Below the pieces are notes generated by a model. The model worked only from the letters and a program-made list of their open reading frames with translations. It was not told the DNA's origin and did not search any database. DNA of 61,239 nt, counting the filler. It is 7 parts of 7 records of this genome, joined end to end, with 100 filler letters (N's around TTAATTAATTAA, not from the genome) between each part and the next. Parts side by side here need not be neighbours in the genome. Positions count along the whole stretch, not along the records: positions 34,301 to 44,799 come from SRR31147125_76246; positions 44,900 to 50,812 come from SRR31147125_76260; positions 50,913 to 61,239 come from SRR31147125_76347; 4 more parts are not named here. One strand, written 5' to 3'. A program made the position numbers and the translations under genes. This document shows, in pieces, positions 39,808-51,611 of the stretch. Positions within the stretch are counted from its first letter, which is position 1, and each line of letters begins with the position of its first letter.

Positions 39808-40803
39808 TTATTCCAGTACTCCTAAGTACTCTTCATAACACTGCCCGCTCTGGTTCATCGCCTGTGACACCTGCGTTCCCACAAAGCGCCAGTGCCAGCT
39901 TTCGAATATAACTTTTGTGATATCTTCTTTGCCTTTTGGATATCTCATTATAAAACCATAGTTAGCGGCGTTTGCAGTCAGCCACTTAAAAGCGTCGGTC
40001 TCTGCAAAACCTTTGTTGCGCTTTTGGTATGACGGTGTGACTATATCCAGCGCAAGTCCGCTCTGGTGTTCGCTGGTGTTCGGTCTTGCCGTAATAGTCG
40101 AAGCCTCCGCTTCCGCAGCTTCACGGCTGTAGCCCCTGCTAGTGTATCTTCTAACCGTAGCTTCAAACTGCTCTGACTGGGTTTCAAAGCTTCTGTATGC
40201 GTCTACCAGCATCAGGTCTACCCCGTCTTCCTTGGCATCAGCAAACATAGCTGTTGCTATTTCCAATATCCTTGCATCCACCTGACCACCCTCGAAGTCG
40301 GCAAGCTCTACTGTGAAATCGTCGGGAATAAGGTTTGTCTGATTTATCAGGATTTCTGCCCACTCTCCTGTTGGCACAGGATCTGACGGTGAACTTGACT
40401 CTATCGTATAGCTTTTATATACATAGCCGGTTACGTCCTCATATGAGATGTTTACCCAGCTGTCGTTATATTCAATTACATCTGCGCTCTGCCACGCCGG
40501 AAGCTGACCCAGTATTTCCGAATCTGTGCTCGGCTGCTGCCTGATGTTAACGAACTCGTCCGCAATGCAGACGACTTTGCTTATATAGATGACCTCTGGC
40601 ATAGGTATGGGGGTTGTTGTCGGGACAAGAGTCGGCGAAGGCGTTGGCTCTTCCGTAGGTTCTGGTGTAGGCATCGAAGTTGACAACGGTGTTGAGGTCG
40701 GCGCTTCAACTATAACCATTTCCCGCTCTTTATCGAAATTATTACTGCACGCTGCAGAAACGAATAAAAACAGCGTTAGTATTATCAGAAGTGTTTTCTT
40801 CAT
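39808..40803 (-). CDS. SH3 plus VanY/M15B D,D-carboxypeptidase lipoprotein
   Basis: Lipobox SAAC, Pro/Thr linker, SH3b (VNIRQQPST), SEHQSGLALD and ESWHWRFVG. Confidence 0.88.
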   Translation of the reverse strand: MKKTLLIILTLFLFVSAACSNNFDKEREMVIVEAPTSTPLSTSMPTPEPTEEPTPSPTLVPTTTPIPMPEVIYISKVVCIADEFVNIRQQPSTDSEILGQLPAWQSADVIEYNDSWVNISYEDVTGYVYKSYTIESSSPSDPVPTGEWAEILINQTNLIPDDFTVELADFEGGQVDARILEIATAMFADAKEDGVDLMLVDAYRSFETQSEQFEATVRRYTSRGYSREAAEAEASTITARPNTSEHQSGLALDIVTPSYQKRNKGFAETDAFKWLTANAANYGFIMRYPKGKEDITKVIFESWHWRFVGTQVSQAMNQSGQCYEEYLGVLE

Positions 40804-40810
40804 AGTATCC

Positions 40811-41068
40811 TTACTTTACCGAGTCGAAAAATGTTTTAAGCTCTTTCTTCCTCTCATCCGAAAGCCCGTGCCATCTAATACCAAGCACAGCGCCCTCCAG
40901 CGCATACAGGTGGTTGATACAAGCGTCAGGATAAATGGATTTTACACGTAAGAACGCTTCCCTGGCTCCCAGCTGTATAAGATTTTCAGGAGTATCTATA
41001 CCGGAAGCTTCAAGCCTCTCAGCAAGTGTTTTACCTATATTCGGCATCTTTGTTAAATTGCTGATCAT
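40811..41068 (-). CDS. TfoX/Sxy C-terminal domain protein
   Basis: LTKMPNIGK and LYALEGAVLGIRWHGL. Confidence 0.88.
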   Translation of the reverse strand: MISNLTKMPNIGKTLAERLEASGIDTPENLIQLGAREAFLRVKSIYPDACINHLYALEGAVLGIRWHGLSDERKKELKTFFDSVK

Positions 41069-41136
41069 AATTTTCTTTCCCTAGAATAATTGATATTACG
41101 TATTATACATGATGGGGTAAAAGCGGGCAAGGCGTG

Positions 41137-41961
41137 TTACTTAAGCTCACACTCTTCGAATTCACCTATTTTACTAAACCCGATTTTTTCATATACATGT
41201 ATGGCTGCCGGATCCTCTGCGTAAAGGAATGCTTTATCAAAACCTTTTAAGAATGAGTCCTCAACAAGTTTTTTTACGCATGCCGTCGAGTAGCCTTTAT
41301 TCCTGAATCGCTTTGGAGTATATACAAAGCCCACGCATAGCGCTTTTGCAACTTGGAGATATGACATTTGTGCTGATATTGATACTACTTCTTCATCAAC
41401 AACAAAGCACAGACAAAGATTATCCTTTTTATATCGTTCTGTCATCTGCTTTGCGCCTTCTTCTGTGATATAAAGACTGCATTCTCTATGAAAATCAAAG
41501 AAATAATCCGTTAGGTCTTTATCAACATCTCTAATATACTTAAACTCATAATTGCCTGTTTCGATATCGCTTACTTTATCACAAAGCATGAAATCGAGCA
41601 GACGTTTTTGATCGTAGTTTATGCCATGCTGTTTACATCTTTCTGCAAAAGCAGACACCGCTTCCGGCAAGCCGTTTATGTTCTCAGGAAAAGCCGTCGT
41701 ACTTAAATGCTCTATTAACACATCTGCCATTTGTTCAAGTTCGTCACCATTGGAGTACAAAACCATTGGATAAGGCTCTACCCGTATTGCAAGTATAAGC
41801 CCCTCATTACTGCTGACTTTTGCGGCAAAAAGACCGTCCTGCGAGGTTTTATCCGACTGTAAGTTTCTCCAAAACATGTTGAGCTGAAGGGCATCGGATT
41901 CCAGCATTACTCTGTTATCTTCCAAAAACTCTTTTGCATCTTTATAAATGGTCAGCTTCAT
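41137..41961 (-). CDS. GNAT acetyltransferase
   Basis: VYTPKRFRNKGYS and VYEKIGF. Confidence 0.85.
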   Translation of the reverse strand: MKLTIYKDAKEFLEDNRVMLESDALQLNMFWRNLQSDKTSQDGLFAAKVSSNEGLILAIRVEPYPMVLYSNGDELEQMADVLIEHLSTTAFPENINGLPEAVSAFAERCKQHGINYDQKRLLDFMLCDKVSDIETGNYEFKYIRDVDKDLTDYFFDFHRECSLYITEEGAKQMTERYKKDNLCLCFVVDEEVVSISAQMSYLQVAKALCVGFVYTPKRFRNKGYSTACVKKLVEDSFLKGFDKAFLYAEDPAAIHVYEKIGFSKIGEFEECELK

Positions 41962-42021
41962 AACGAATACCCCCTCATGGAATATATTTCTATTGTAGCT
42001 TAATGTGTATTTATTTACAAT

Positions 42022-42048
42022 AAAAAAGAGGAGCTGTATAGCCCCTCT
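42022..42048 (-). terminator. terminator after ileS
   Basis: Minus strand AGAGGGGCT-ATAC-AGCTCCTCT-TTTTT. Confidence 0.7.
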
Positions 42049-42061
42049 GATTATTTGTACT

Positions 42062-44799
42062 TTACAGCTTCTCTACGCTAAAACGCGCTGTTTCGCCGTT
42101 TATGTTCCACTCTTTCTCGTATCCGGAAAGCGATGTTTCTATCTTATCGGCAAGAACTTCTCCGCCGATCTCTACAGCATTTTTCTCTACTATTCCGGCA
42201 AGCTTTTCGTTTCCCGTTACAGCAAGGCGGATGTGATCCATGACCTCAAAGCCCGCCTCTTTTCTCATCGTCTGTATCTTGCTTATCATCTCACGAACGA
42301 AGCCTTCTTCTAACAGCTCTTCGGACAGCGTTGTTTCGAGTATCACACTTGCCTTACCGCTTGTTTCCACCATGAAGCCTTCTTTGTGAGTCGGTTCTAT
42401 CAGCATATCTTCTTCTGTCAGCTCGATAGTTTCGCCGCCTGCTTCAAATTTATAGACACCGTCTGCACGGACTGTGTTTACTATTTCAAGCCCATCAGCT
42501 TCGCCGAGGTGACTGCGTATAGCGCCAAGCAGTTTGCCGTACTTTGGCCCTAATGTCTTAAGCTGCGGCTTAACGTTATATGATATGAAGTCGCTAGCAT
42601 CCGCACCAAATGTAACTTTCTTTATGTTAAGCTCGCCTTCTATCAGGCTTATAAAGCTGTCGCCCGGGTCCTCCACTCCGAAACGTACATGTTCGCTATC
42701 GGCTGGCGGTTCTTTATAGCTGCAGAATTCCTTGCGCTTCTGCCAAGTACTACCGCTTTCAGCACAGAATCCATGCTCTGCTCTAGTTCTTCATCAATCA
42801 GTGACTTATCTGTTTCTGGATATTCACATAAATGAACGCTGATTGGTGCGCTTTCGTCTACTCTTCTTACTATGTTCTGATACATCTCTTCCGTCATGAA
42901 CGGCGTGAAAGGTGCGCACAGTCTGCACATGGTTTCAAGCACGGTATAGAGAGTGAGATATGCATCAACTTTATCCTGCGCCATCCCCGATGCCCAGAAA
43001 CGGTCACGGCATCTTCTTACATACCAGTTGGAAAGATCGTCTACAAAGTCTTCCATTTCTCTTGCGGCTTCTGTCAGCCTGTAGTTATCTAAATACTCGT
43101 GTACGTTCTTTACAAGCGTATTAAGCCTGGAGAGTATCCATGCGTCCATTACGTTCTCTCCGCTCCATTCATACTGCATAGGGTTGAAGTCGTCTATATC
43201 TGCGTACATGACGTAGAAAGCGTATGTGTTCCACAGCGTGCCCATGAACTTTCTCTGTGTTTCGCTGACAGCATCGCCGGAGAACCTGTTTGGCAGCCAC
43301 GGAGCGCTGTTTGAATAGAAATACCACCGTACTGCGTCTGCGCCCTGATTATCAAGCACAGTCCACGGGTCTACAACGTTGCCTTTGTGCTTGCTCATCT
43401 TCTGTCCGTCTTTGTCCTGAACGTGACCCAGCACTATACAGTTCTCGAACGGGTTTTTTCCGAAAACGAGCGTATCTATTGCAAGCAGAGTATAGAACCA
43501 GCCTCTTGTCTGGTCTACAGCCTCGCTTATAAACTGAGCCGGAAAACGTTTTTCAAACTCTTCTTTGTTTTCAAAGGGATAGTGCCACTGTGCAAACGGC
43601 ATAGAGCCGGAATCGTACCAGCAGTCTATGACTTCGGTCACACGATGCATTTCACCACCGCATTCCGAACACTTCATCGCTATACCGTCGATAAACGGTT
43701 TATGCAGCTCTACATCTTCAGGAACGTTTTCTCCTTTTTCATACAACTCTTCTTTAGAACCTATTACTGTAAAGTGTCCGCAGCCGCACTCCCATACCGG
43801 AAGCGGCGTGCCCCAGTAGCGTTCACGTGAAAGCCCCCAGTCTATAACGTTTTCTAAGAAGTTACCCATTCTGCCTTCTTTTATGTTCTCGGGAAGCCAG
43901 TTAACGTTCCTGTTGTTCTGAATAAGCAGCTCTTTTAATGCCGTCACTTTTATGAACCACGTACTTCTTGCGTAATAAAGCAGAGGGGTGTCGCAGCGCC
44001 AGCAGAACGGATAGCTGTGTTCATACTCTTTGGTGCTGAATAAAAGCCCTCTTTCATCCAAATCTTTTATTATATCTTTGTCGGCATCTTTTACGAAAAC
44101 GCCTGCCCACGGCGTCGGCTGTTTGAACTTGCCATCTTCACCGACCATCTGCACAAACGGAAGACCGTACTTGTTGCCGACACGTGCGTCGTCTTCACCG
44201 AAAGCCGGAGCTGTGTGTACTATACCGCTGCCGTCAGTAAGTGTGACGTAGTTATCCGCAGTGATGTACCATGCCTTTTTATCAGCTGTGCCGAAGTCAT
44301 AAAGCGGCTCGTATTCTTTGTACTCCAGATCCTTGCCTATGCATTCTTCTACTATTTTCGTACCTTCGCCGAATAAAGGCTCTACAAGCGCTTTTGCCAA
44401 GATGATGTATTGTCTGTTCAGCTCTACTTTAACGTATGTCTCATCCGGGTTTACGCACAGCGCAACGTTTGAAGGCAGCGTCCACGGAGTAGTCGTCCAT
44501 GCAAGGAAATACGTGCCTTCTTCGTCTTTTACCTTGAACTTAACGAATATAGACTCTTCTTTTACGTCTTTGTAGCCTTGCGCCACTTCGTGGGAAGAAA
44601 GCGCAGTTCCGCAGCGTGGGCAGTACGGCACAACTTTATGACCTTTATAAAGCAGCCCTTTGTCTGCAATAGTCTTGAGAGACCACCATACCGACTCTAT
44701 ATAATTATCTTCGTATGTGACGTAAGGGTTTTCCATGTCTGCCCAAAAGCCTACACGGTCGCTCATCTTCTCCCATTCGCCTTTATATTTCCAAACGCT
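42062..44799 (-). CDS. ileS: isoleucyl-tRNA synthetase, type 2 (5' truncated, frameshift near 42680)
   Basis: [51 protein letters not shown] and an IleRS2-type C-terminus ([12 protein letters not shown]). Confidence 0.95.
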
Positions 44800-44899
44800 N
44801 NNNNNNNNNNNNNNNNNNNNNNNNNNNNNNNNNNNNNNNNNNNTTAATTAATTAANNNNNNNNNNNNNNNNNNNNNNNNNNNNNNNNNNNNNNNNNNNN
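44800..44899. other. artificial contig spacer
   Basis: N-run/TTAATTAATTAA/N-run. Confidence 0.99.
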
Positions 44900-45891
44900 C
44901 CCTGGCCCTGATCTCCTTGGGGACAGCTGGGGCCATCGCCCTTTCAACGGGCAGATACCCCGTCGACCTTTCCACCATGGGCAGGCTGCTCTTTTCCCTG
45001 GTCGGCCCGGAAACCATTGGCCCGGACCTGGCCCAATCCTCCCTGGTGCTCTGGTCCGTTCGGATGCCCAGAATACTCATGGCCGTCATGACCGGTGCGG
45101 CCCTGTCCGTTGCCGGTGTCGTTTTCCAGGGCCTGTTTAAGAATCCTTTGGTCTCTCCGGCCATTTTGGGCGTTACTTCCGGGGCCAACTTCGGTGCGGC
45201 CCTGGGCCTTCTTTTTTTTGCCGGGTCAGCCATGCTGATCCAGGTTTCGGCCTTTGCCTGGGGGATCATCGCCGTGGCAATTACATATCAGGTCGGTCGA
45301 CAGGGGGACCGCTCCCCCACCACCCTGGTCCTGGCCGGGGTGATTGTTTCCTCCCTTTTTGTGGCGGGACTCTCCTATTTAAAGTGCAAGGCCGATCCAC
45401 TGGGTCAGCTTCCGGCCATCGTTTTCTGGACCATGGGCAGTTTCAACAGTGTTTCCTGGGCGGATGTGGCCATCGCCGGAACCATTATATTCATGGGTCT
45501 TGTTGCCAGCCATTTTCTGAGCTGGGGCCTTAATCCCATGGCCCTGGGGGAGGATGAAGCCCTGGCCATAGGCATAGAGGTCTCCCAACGCAGGGCCTGC
45601 TATATCCTCATCGCCACCCTCATGGTGTCGGCGGCCACAGCGCCCTGCGGGAATATCGGATGGGTGGGGCTTGTGATTCCCCATATGGCCAGAATGCTGG
45701 CCGGGGCGGACCATCAGGTGCTCATCCCGTTTTCAGCCCTTTTGGGGGGGATGTTCATGCTCATCATGGATACCGTGGCCAGAACCCTGCCCGGGGGGGA
45801 AATTCCGGTGGGCATTCTCACCGCCGTCATGGGTGCGCCCTGTTTCGGCTATCTTCTGATCCGGAGCCGCTCCGGCGCCTGGAGCCATTGA
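44900..45891 (+). CDS. FecCD/BtuC-family ABC permease (5' truncated)
   Basis: VRMPRIL, QGLFKNPLVSP, GEDEALAIG, GWVGLVIPH and GEIPVGILTA. Confidence 0.92.
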
Positions 45892-45896
45892 TAGGA

Positions 45897-45938
45897 AATC
45901 TGTGCAGTAAGGCTGCCAATCTGTGCAGCCCGGCTGCC
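45897..45938. repeat. 21-bp tandem direct repeat upstream of the binding-protein gene
   Basis: AATCTGTGCAGTAAGGCTGCC / AATCTGTGCAGCCCGGCTGCC (18/21 identical). Confidence 0.75.
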
Positions 45939-45958
45939 GTTAAGAGGAAATATCCGCC

Positions 45959-47054
45959 ATGTATCGATTATTCCGGAAAAGGGGGCCAGCCCCTGTCAAA
46001 ACATCCTTGTCTATTTTCTGATCCTGTCTATTTTAAACACCCCTTTGGCCTTTGCCGGACAGGGTGACGCCGCTACCCGCATTGTAAGGGACCGGACCGG
46101 CAGGACCGTCGCCATTCCCCAAAGCCCAAAAAGAATCGCCTGCATGTTCGGGGCCAGTTATGAAAAACTCCTTGCCCTGGGCGGGGCCGACCGGGTGGTT
46201 ATCACCCCAAATGTGGCTTTGCCCTGGAATTATGAGGTGAATCCCGGTCTTAAAAAAATTCCGGTCATGGGCAGTGCCACGGCCCCGGATGTGGAAGAGC
46301 TGCTGGGGCTGAAAACGGACCTTGTGATCTACCATCCATTTGCCAGGCAGATCGGCCAGATGGCTGGGGCAGGGCTCCCTGTGGTGGTCCCCTACGACGG
46401 CAGCCAGAGGCAGTTGACCCTGGATGATTTTTTACAGGATTGTTACGGCCAGATCCGGTTTTACGGCGAACTTCTGGGCGGCCAGGCACAGGACCGGGCC
46501 CGTGACTATATCGCCTATGCCGATGAACGGATCAAAAAGGTTACCCGGATCACCGCCCAGATCCCCAAGGCCGGCCGGCCCAAGGTTTTTTATTTCTGCG
46601 GCCAGGTCAATGGCCCGGCCGGCACCCAGACCCGGTATTCCACAGCCGACTGGCTGGTCACGGCCGCCGGCGGCACCATGCTGACCCATGATGAACCTGC
46701 GTATTTTGTTTCCGTCACCACGGAACAGATGATTCTATGGAATCCGGATATCATTGTGGTGAGCACCCTGCCGTCCATTGGGCCTGTGGTCAACAATCCC
46801 CATTGGAAAAATATCAGGGCCGTACGGGAGAATAAGGTGGTCATGAGCCCCAGGGGGCAGTTTTACTGGAGCCATTTTAGTACGGAATCCTTTTTATGCA
46901 TTCTTTTCTGGCCAAGCTTTTCCACCCGGAAAAATTCCAGGATCTGGATCTGACCCGGGAGCTTATGGATTATTATGAAAAATTTTACCGCTACCCCCTC
47001 ACCGCGGCCCAGGCCCGAAGAATTCTGGCGCGTAAACCGCCTTTGGACCCATAG
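45959..47054 (+). CDS. Fe-chelate/cobalamin-type ABC substrate-binding protein (frameshifts near 45980 and 46905)
   Basis: DRTGRTVAIP..PKRI, PDVEELL..KTDLV, AAGG and EQMILWNPDII. C-terminus LAKLFHPEKF...YYEKFY lies in the alternate frame, ending at TAG 47054. Confidence 0.85.
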
Positions 47055-47064
47055 AAAATTCCTT

Positions 47065-47101
47065 GGGCTGTACCGGTGAAGGGACGTCCACCGGTACGCC
47101 C
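47065..47101 (+). terminator. strong intergenic hairpin between the binding protein and the TonB receptor
   Basis: GGGC-T-GTACCGGTG-loop-CACCGGTAC-GCCC followed by TTATTT. Confidence 0.5.
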
Positions 47102-47134
47102 TTATTTCAACCCGGTGACGTCCAGGAGAAGAAG

Positions 47135-49165
47135 ATGAAACAAAAGATAAACGTCCTTATAACAGCAGGCCTGCTTGTCTTTGCCTTGACAGGGCCAGGG
47201 ACCGCCGGAGAAAAAAATGCAATAAAGGCACCGGAGGTTTTCCGCCTGGGTGAAGTTGTGGTTACCGGTGAAAAACAGGTGGCCAACCTGGCCACCACCA
47301 TAACAGAAGTCTCCATGGAGGATATCCGGGCCAAAGGGGCCACAAGCGCTGCCCAGGCCCTGGAGTTTCTTCCCGGGGTCTTTGTTCGGAACGGAGGGAA
47401 AGGGGAGACCCACGTCAGTATCCGGGGGTTTGAGCAACGCCAGGTGAAAATTCTCATCGACGGGGTCCCTGCACGGGAAAATTATTTCGGCACCGTGGAC
47501 CTTGCCATGCTGCCGGCAGAATCCATCTCCAAGATCCGCATCATCAAGGGGGCCAGTTCCGTACTTTACGGGGCCAATACCATGGGCGGGGTGATTAACA
47601 TCATCACAAAAAAGGGGGGCAAGATCCCCAGGACCGCTGTTACGGCAGCCTTTGGAGATTATGATACCGCCCACTACACCGCCAGCCACGGCGGCAGTGC
47701 CGGTGATTTTAATTATTGGCTCTCAGGTGGGTATCAGACCTCTGACGGATTCAGGCTTTCAAAGGATTTCAATCCCAATGATCCCGTTGTCGGTATGGGC
47801 ACCCCATATAATGAAGACGGGGGGAAACGGGACTTGAGCGATTACCTGAAAAAAAGCCTGAATATGAAAATCGGATATGATTCGGGCGGGGAATCCAGCC
47901 TCTACCTCTCCTTTGACTATGTGGATAATGAACGGGGCATCCCCACATTTAATAATAGGTACTGGGCCTATAATAAATGGCGCCAATGGCAGCTGAACCT
48001 GGCAGGGGAACACAGGGTGTCCCGGGCATTAAAACTGAAAACCCGGCTTTTCTACGTCAAACATGATGACGGTATCAGTGATGTCAGCTGGGATGCCGAT
48101 CATAAAACCCAGGGGAGAAAATGGTTTGAGCAGAGCTATTATGACGATGCTTCCGTGGGCGGAGAGATCCAGGCATCTGTAGACCTGGCACCATGGAACA
48201 CCCTGCGGGTCGGCGTCAACTATATGGAGGACAAACATAAGCAAGGCGATCGTCTGGGTGAGGACTGCTGGAGCGTGATCAAGGGGCGGGCCGATCTTGG
48301 GTGGCAGCCTGAAGAGGAATACACCGCCCATGTCTATACCATTGGGGTGGAGGATGAGTTCAGGCCCTTTGACCGGTTGTCCATGGTGGCGGGGGTCAGC
48401 TATGACGTGTTTGAACCGATCCGGACATCGGATCAGCCCGAACCGGACCGGATGGATACCTTTAATCCCCAGTTCGGCCTGATTTTTGAAATGACGGATA
48501 CCACAAGGTTTCATGCCTCCATGGGCCGGAAAACCCGGTTTCCCGCCCTCAAGGAACTATACAGCAGACTTGCCGGCGGCAATCCGGACCTGAACCCGGA
48601 AAAGGCAATGGCCTATGAAGTGGGGGTCACACAGTTATTTCCGGGCAATGCCACAGGGAATATATCCTTTTTCTACAATGATATTGATGATTTGATCGAA
48701 AAGACACGGATCGGCGGCAAACCGGCCTATGTCAATATCAGGGAAGCCGTCATCTTTGGTGCCGAAGCGGGCTTTCGCCTTCCCCTTTCTTCTGCCATGG
48801 ACGCCAGTGTCAATTATACCTTTCTTTCCACCAAGGATAAGTCCAACAATGACCGGGATCTTGAGGCCAGGCCCAGGCACCGGTTGAATCTGGGCCTGTG
48901 CTGTCGCTTTGCCTTCGGCCTCAGGGCGGATATCCAGGCCGCCTATAATTGCCGCCAATTTTGGAAAAACAATGATAACCAATGGAAAAAATTATCCGAC
49001 CATTTTCTGGTCAATGCCAAGTTGACCCAGTCCCTGGAAAAACTGGTCAATTGCGATGCCGAGATTTTTGTCCAGTCAAGCAATCTTCTGGATGAAGATT
49101 ATTATGAAACCAACGGGCCCGAGCCCGGGTTCAACTTTATGGCTGGTATGACCATGCGGTTTTAA
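47135..49165 (+). CDS. TonB-dependent receptor
   Basis: Signal peptide, LGEVVVTG TonB box, plug (SIRGF, IDGVP, KGASSVLYGANTMGGVINIIT), GNPDLNPE and terminal F. Confidence 0.93.
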   Translation: MKQKINVLITAGLLVFALTGPGTAGEKNAIKAPEVFRLGEVVVTGEKQVANLATTITEVSMEDIRAKGATSAAQALEFLPGVFVRNGGKGETHVSIRGFEQRQVKILIDGVPARENYFGTVDLAMLPAESISKIRIIKGASSVLYGANTMGGVINIITKKGGKIPRTAVTAAFGDYDTAHYTASHGGSAGDFNYWLSGGYQTSDGFRLSKDFNPNDPVVGMGTPYNEDGGKRDLSDYLKKSLNMKIGYDSGGESSLYLSFDYVDNERGIPTFNNRYWAYNKWRQWQLNLAGEHRVSRALKLKTRLFYVKHDDGISDVSWDADHKTQGRKWFEQSYYDDASVGGEIQASVDLAPWNTLRVGVNYMEDKHKQGDRLGEDCWSVIKGRADLGWQPEEEYTAHVYTIGVEDEFRPFDRLSMVAGVSYDVFEPIRTSDQPEPDRMDTFNPQFGLIFEMTDTTRFHASMGRKTRFPALKELYSRLAGGNPDLNPEKAMAYEVGVTQLFPGNATGNISFFYNDIDDLIEKTRIGGKPAYVNIREAVIFGAEAGFRLPLSSAMDASVNYTFLSTKDKSNNDRDLEARPRHRLNLGLCCRFAFGLRADIQAAYNCRQFWKNNDNQWKKLSDHFLVNAKLTQSLEKLVNCDAEIFVQSSNLLDEDYYETNGPEPGFNFMAGMTMRF

Positions 49166-49266
49166 GCTGCCGGCAAAGATGATGACCCGGGACAGGTTTA
49201 GATCCTGTCCCTGATTTTAATCCCATCCGGGGCGGCAGCTGCCGCAGATTATAAAATGAGGGCCCG

Positions 49267-50812
49267 ATGAAATGTCATATTTGTGAGATAAAGTGCGAGA
49301 TTAAAACCGGGAGAACCGGCAGGTGCGGGATGTACCGGAATACGGGATCCCGGATTGAGGAAGTTTACCCCGGCAGATACCTGGGGGCAGTGGAAACGGC
49401 CATTGAGTCCATGCCCATGGTCCATTACCACCCCAGGGGTATCTTTCTCCAGGTATGCACCGTGGGGTGTAATTTTACATGCCCGGGGTGTGTTTCCGAA
49501 ACCCTGACCGACCATATGGACGCCATAGAGGGACAATTCCAGGAAATGACCCCGGGCCAGGTGGTCGCCAAGGCCAAGGCCCTGAACTGCATCGGGGTGA
49601 TCTTCTGTTTTAACGAGCCCACGGTTTCCTATTTCACCTTTAAGGCCCTTGCTGGCATGGCCAGGGAACACGGGCTCCTGGTGGGGTGTTCAACCAATGG
49701 GTATATGACCGAGTGGGCCCTTCAGGGGCTGATCCCCTTTCTTGATTTTGTCAATGTGGGACTCAAGGGCGTGACCCCGGAGGCCTGCAGGCCCTGCGGC
49801 ATTACCGATACCGCCCCCATATTGCGGAATATCAGGATCCTTTATGAAAAGGGGGTCTATTTTGAGGTCTCTGCCATTTTCAGGAAATCAGGGGAAGACG
49901 AGATTGAAAACCGCAAAATTCATCAGTTCCCTTTCAAGGCAGATTCCCTTTCAGGTCATGCGGTTTATCCCCTTTGGCAGGGTGTCGGCGGATTTGGAAC
50001 CGAGTGTGCGTGAGGCTGAGGCCGTCTGCAAGGATCTGCGCCGGCACCTGGATTATGTCTATCTCTTTAATACCGCCGGCACCCGGGACCTGAACACCTT
50101 CTGCCCGGATTGCGGGGCAAAGATCATGGAGCGGGGATTTTTCGGCCCCATGTGTTCCAACCTGAACTGGCACAGGGACCAGGGCAGGTGCGCCTGCGGA
50201 TATGTGCTCCCCATCCGGGGAAAAATCCATAATACCCGGCCGGTGGAGACCGGGTACTTCGGGGGGTACCGGACCATCAGCGCCCTGGGGATGATCCGGT
50301 CCATCCTGGCCGTGCTGGGGGTCAGGGATAAAACCTGCATGGATGAGGTCATGGTCCATGTCATCAAGGCGGATATGATTAAAGATCTCTACGGCCGGCT
50401 TAACAACATGGATGCCTATTTTGATACAGTGGATGAATTTGCAGCCCTGGCCGGCCTTCAGGATCGGGCAAAGGCCTTCAGGTCCTATGTGGGCGCCCGG
50501 GTGGACCTGATCCGGGAGAAGACCGGGGGAATCCAGGGGCCTTGGGTCTATTGCGCCCTGGGCCATCCCCTCATTGCCGTGTTTGAGGAAAAAATGGAAT
50601 CCCTTCTGGTGGAGGCCGCCGGGGGAAGACTGGCCGTCCGCCGGGTTCAAAGGGAAACCCGGCCTGGTATCCCCATCCGTGCCGACCAGTTCTGCCGGAT
50701 GGCCCCGGACATCATCATCCTGACTTCCGGGGCGGCCTGGCCGCCCGGGGATTTTATGGGCTTTTGCCGGGACAAGGGGTTGGATGCCCCGGCGGTAAGG
50801 GATAACAGGATT
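49267..50812 (+). CDS. radical SAM enzyme (AmmeMemoRadiSam/PFL-activase-like) fused to a class III binding-protein-like domain (frameshift near 49905, 3' truncated)
   Basis: CHICEIKC...C, IESMPMVHYHP, CNFTCPGC, NEP and STNGY. After the frameshift come CPDCG, CACG and VEAAGG...PDIII...PAVRDNRI. Confidence 0.8.
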
Positions 50813-50912
50813 NNNNNNNNNNNNNNNNNNNNNNNNNNNNNNNNNNNNNNNNNNNNTTAATTAATTAANNNNNNNNNNNNNNNNNNNNNNNNNNNNNNNN
50901 NNNNNNNNNNNN
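50813..50912. other. artificial contig spacer
   Basis: N-run/TTAATTAATTAA/N-run. Confidence 0.99.
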
Positions 50913-51021
50913 AAAACTTCACTGCTCAAATCTCGCAGCTGGTGCCATAAGAGGCGCGATCAAGGAGTACAGAAAAACCTTCCCTGCAACATCCGAATCG
51001 TCAGCGACTGAGAATTAGACC

Positions 51022-51607
51022 ATGGCTCTTGCTCTCTGGCTCTGCGCAGCCTACCTGATCGGTGCCATCCCAACAGGCGTTATCCTCACGCGCCTCGTCG
51101 GCAGTGACGATATTCGCAACAGCGGAAGCGGCAATATCGGAGCGACAAACGTTTACCGTGTTGCCGGAAAAAAACTGGGTGTGATTACGCTGCTCGGTGA
51201 CTGCCTGAAAGGGCTTCTTCCGGTTCTGGCGGCCCATCAGTATTTCGCATCCGGCGGCTTTGAGGTTGCTGCCATCGCCCTGGCCGCGTTCATCGGCCAC
51301 TGCTATCCGGTCTACCTTGGGTTTAAAGGGGGCAAGGGGTCGCCACAGCACTCGGCATATTCCTTGTTCTCTCGCCTCTCTCTGTTCTGGTCGCCTTTGT
51401 CCTTTTTGCGCTGGTCCTCTGGAAGTGGCGTTATATTTCACTGGCATCTATCTCAGCAGCAGCGGCATTCCGGTGCTTATTCTGATTTTCAATAACACCC
51501 TGCCAATCTTTGCTGCGACCCTGATCATTGCCGCCATCGTCATCTGGAGGCACAAAGCCAACATTGACCGCCTCTTCCAGGGCAATGAAAACCGGTTCAA
51601 CCTCTAG
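51022..51607 (+). CDS. plsY: glycerol-3-phosphate acyltransferase PlsY (frameshifts near 51338 and 51463)
   Basis: YLIGAIPTG, GSGNIGATN, GHCYP...FKGGKG(VATALG) and HKANIDRL. Confidence 0.92.
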
Positions 51608-51611
51608 TCCT

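Noticed and set aside
39808-40803. VanY-like gene as a vancomycin resistance locus
   Set aside because: No vanHAX or vanRS neighbours. The SH3-M15B lipoprotein is an ordinary cell-wall carboxypeptidase.
42062-44799. Split ileS, plsY, rsmB, metA, RND, TolC and others as pseudogenes or programmed frameshifts
   Set aside because: The breaks are single-base indels, mostly in homopolymers, across unrelated contigs and essential genes. Sequencing error is the simpler explanation.
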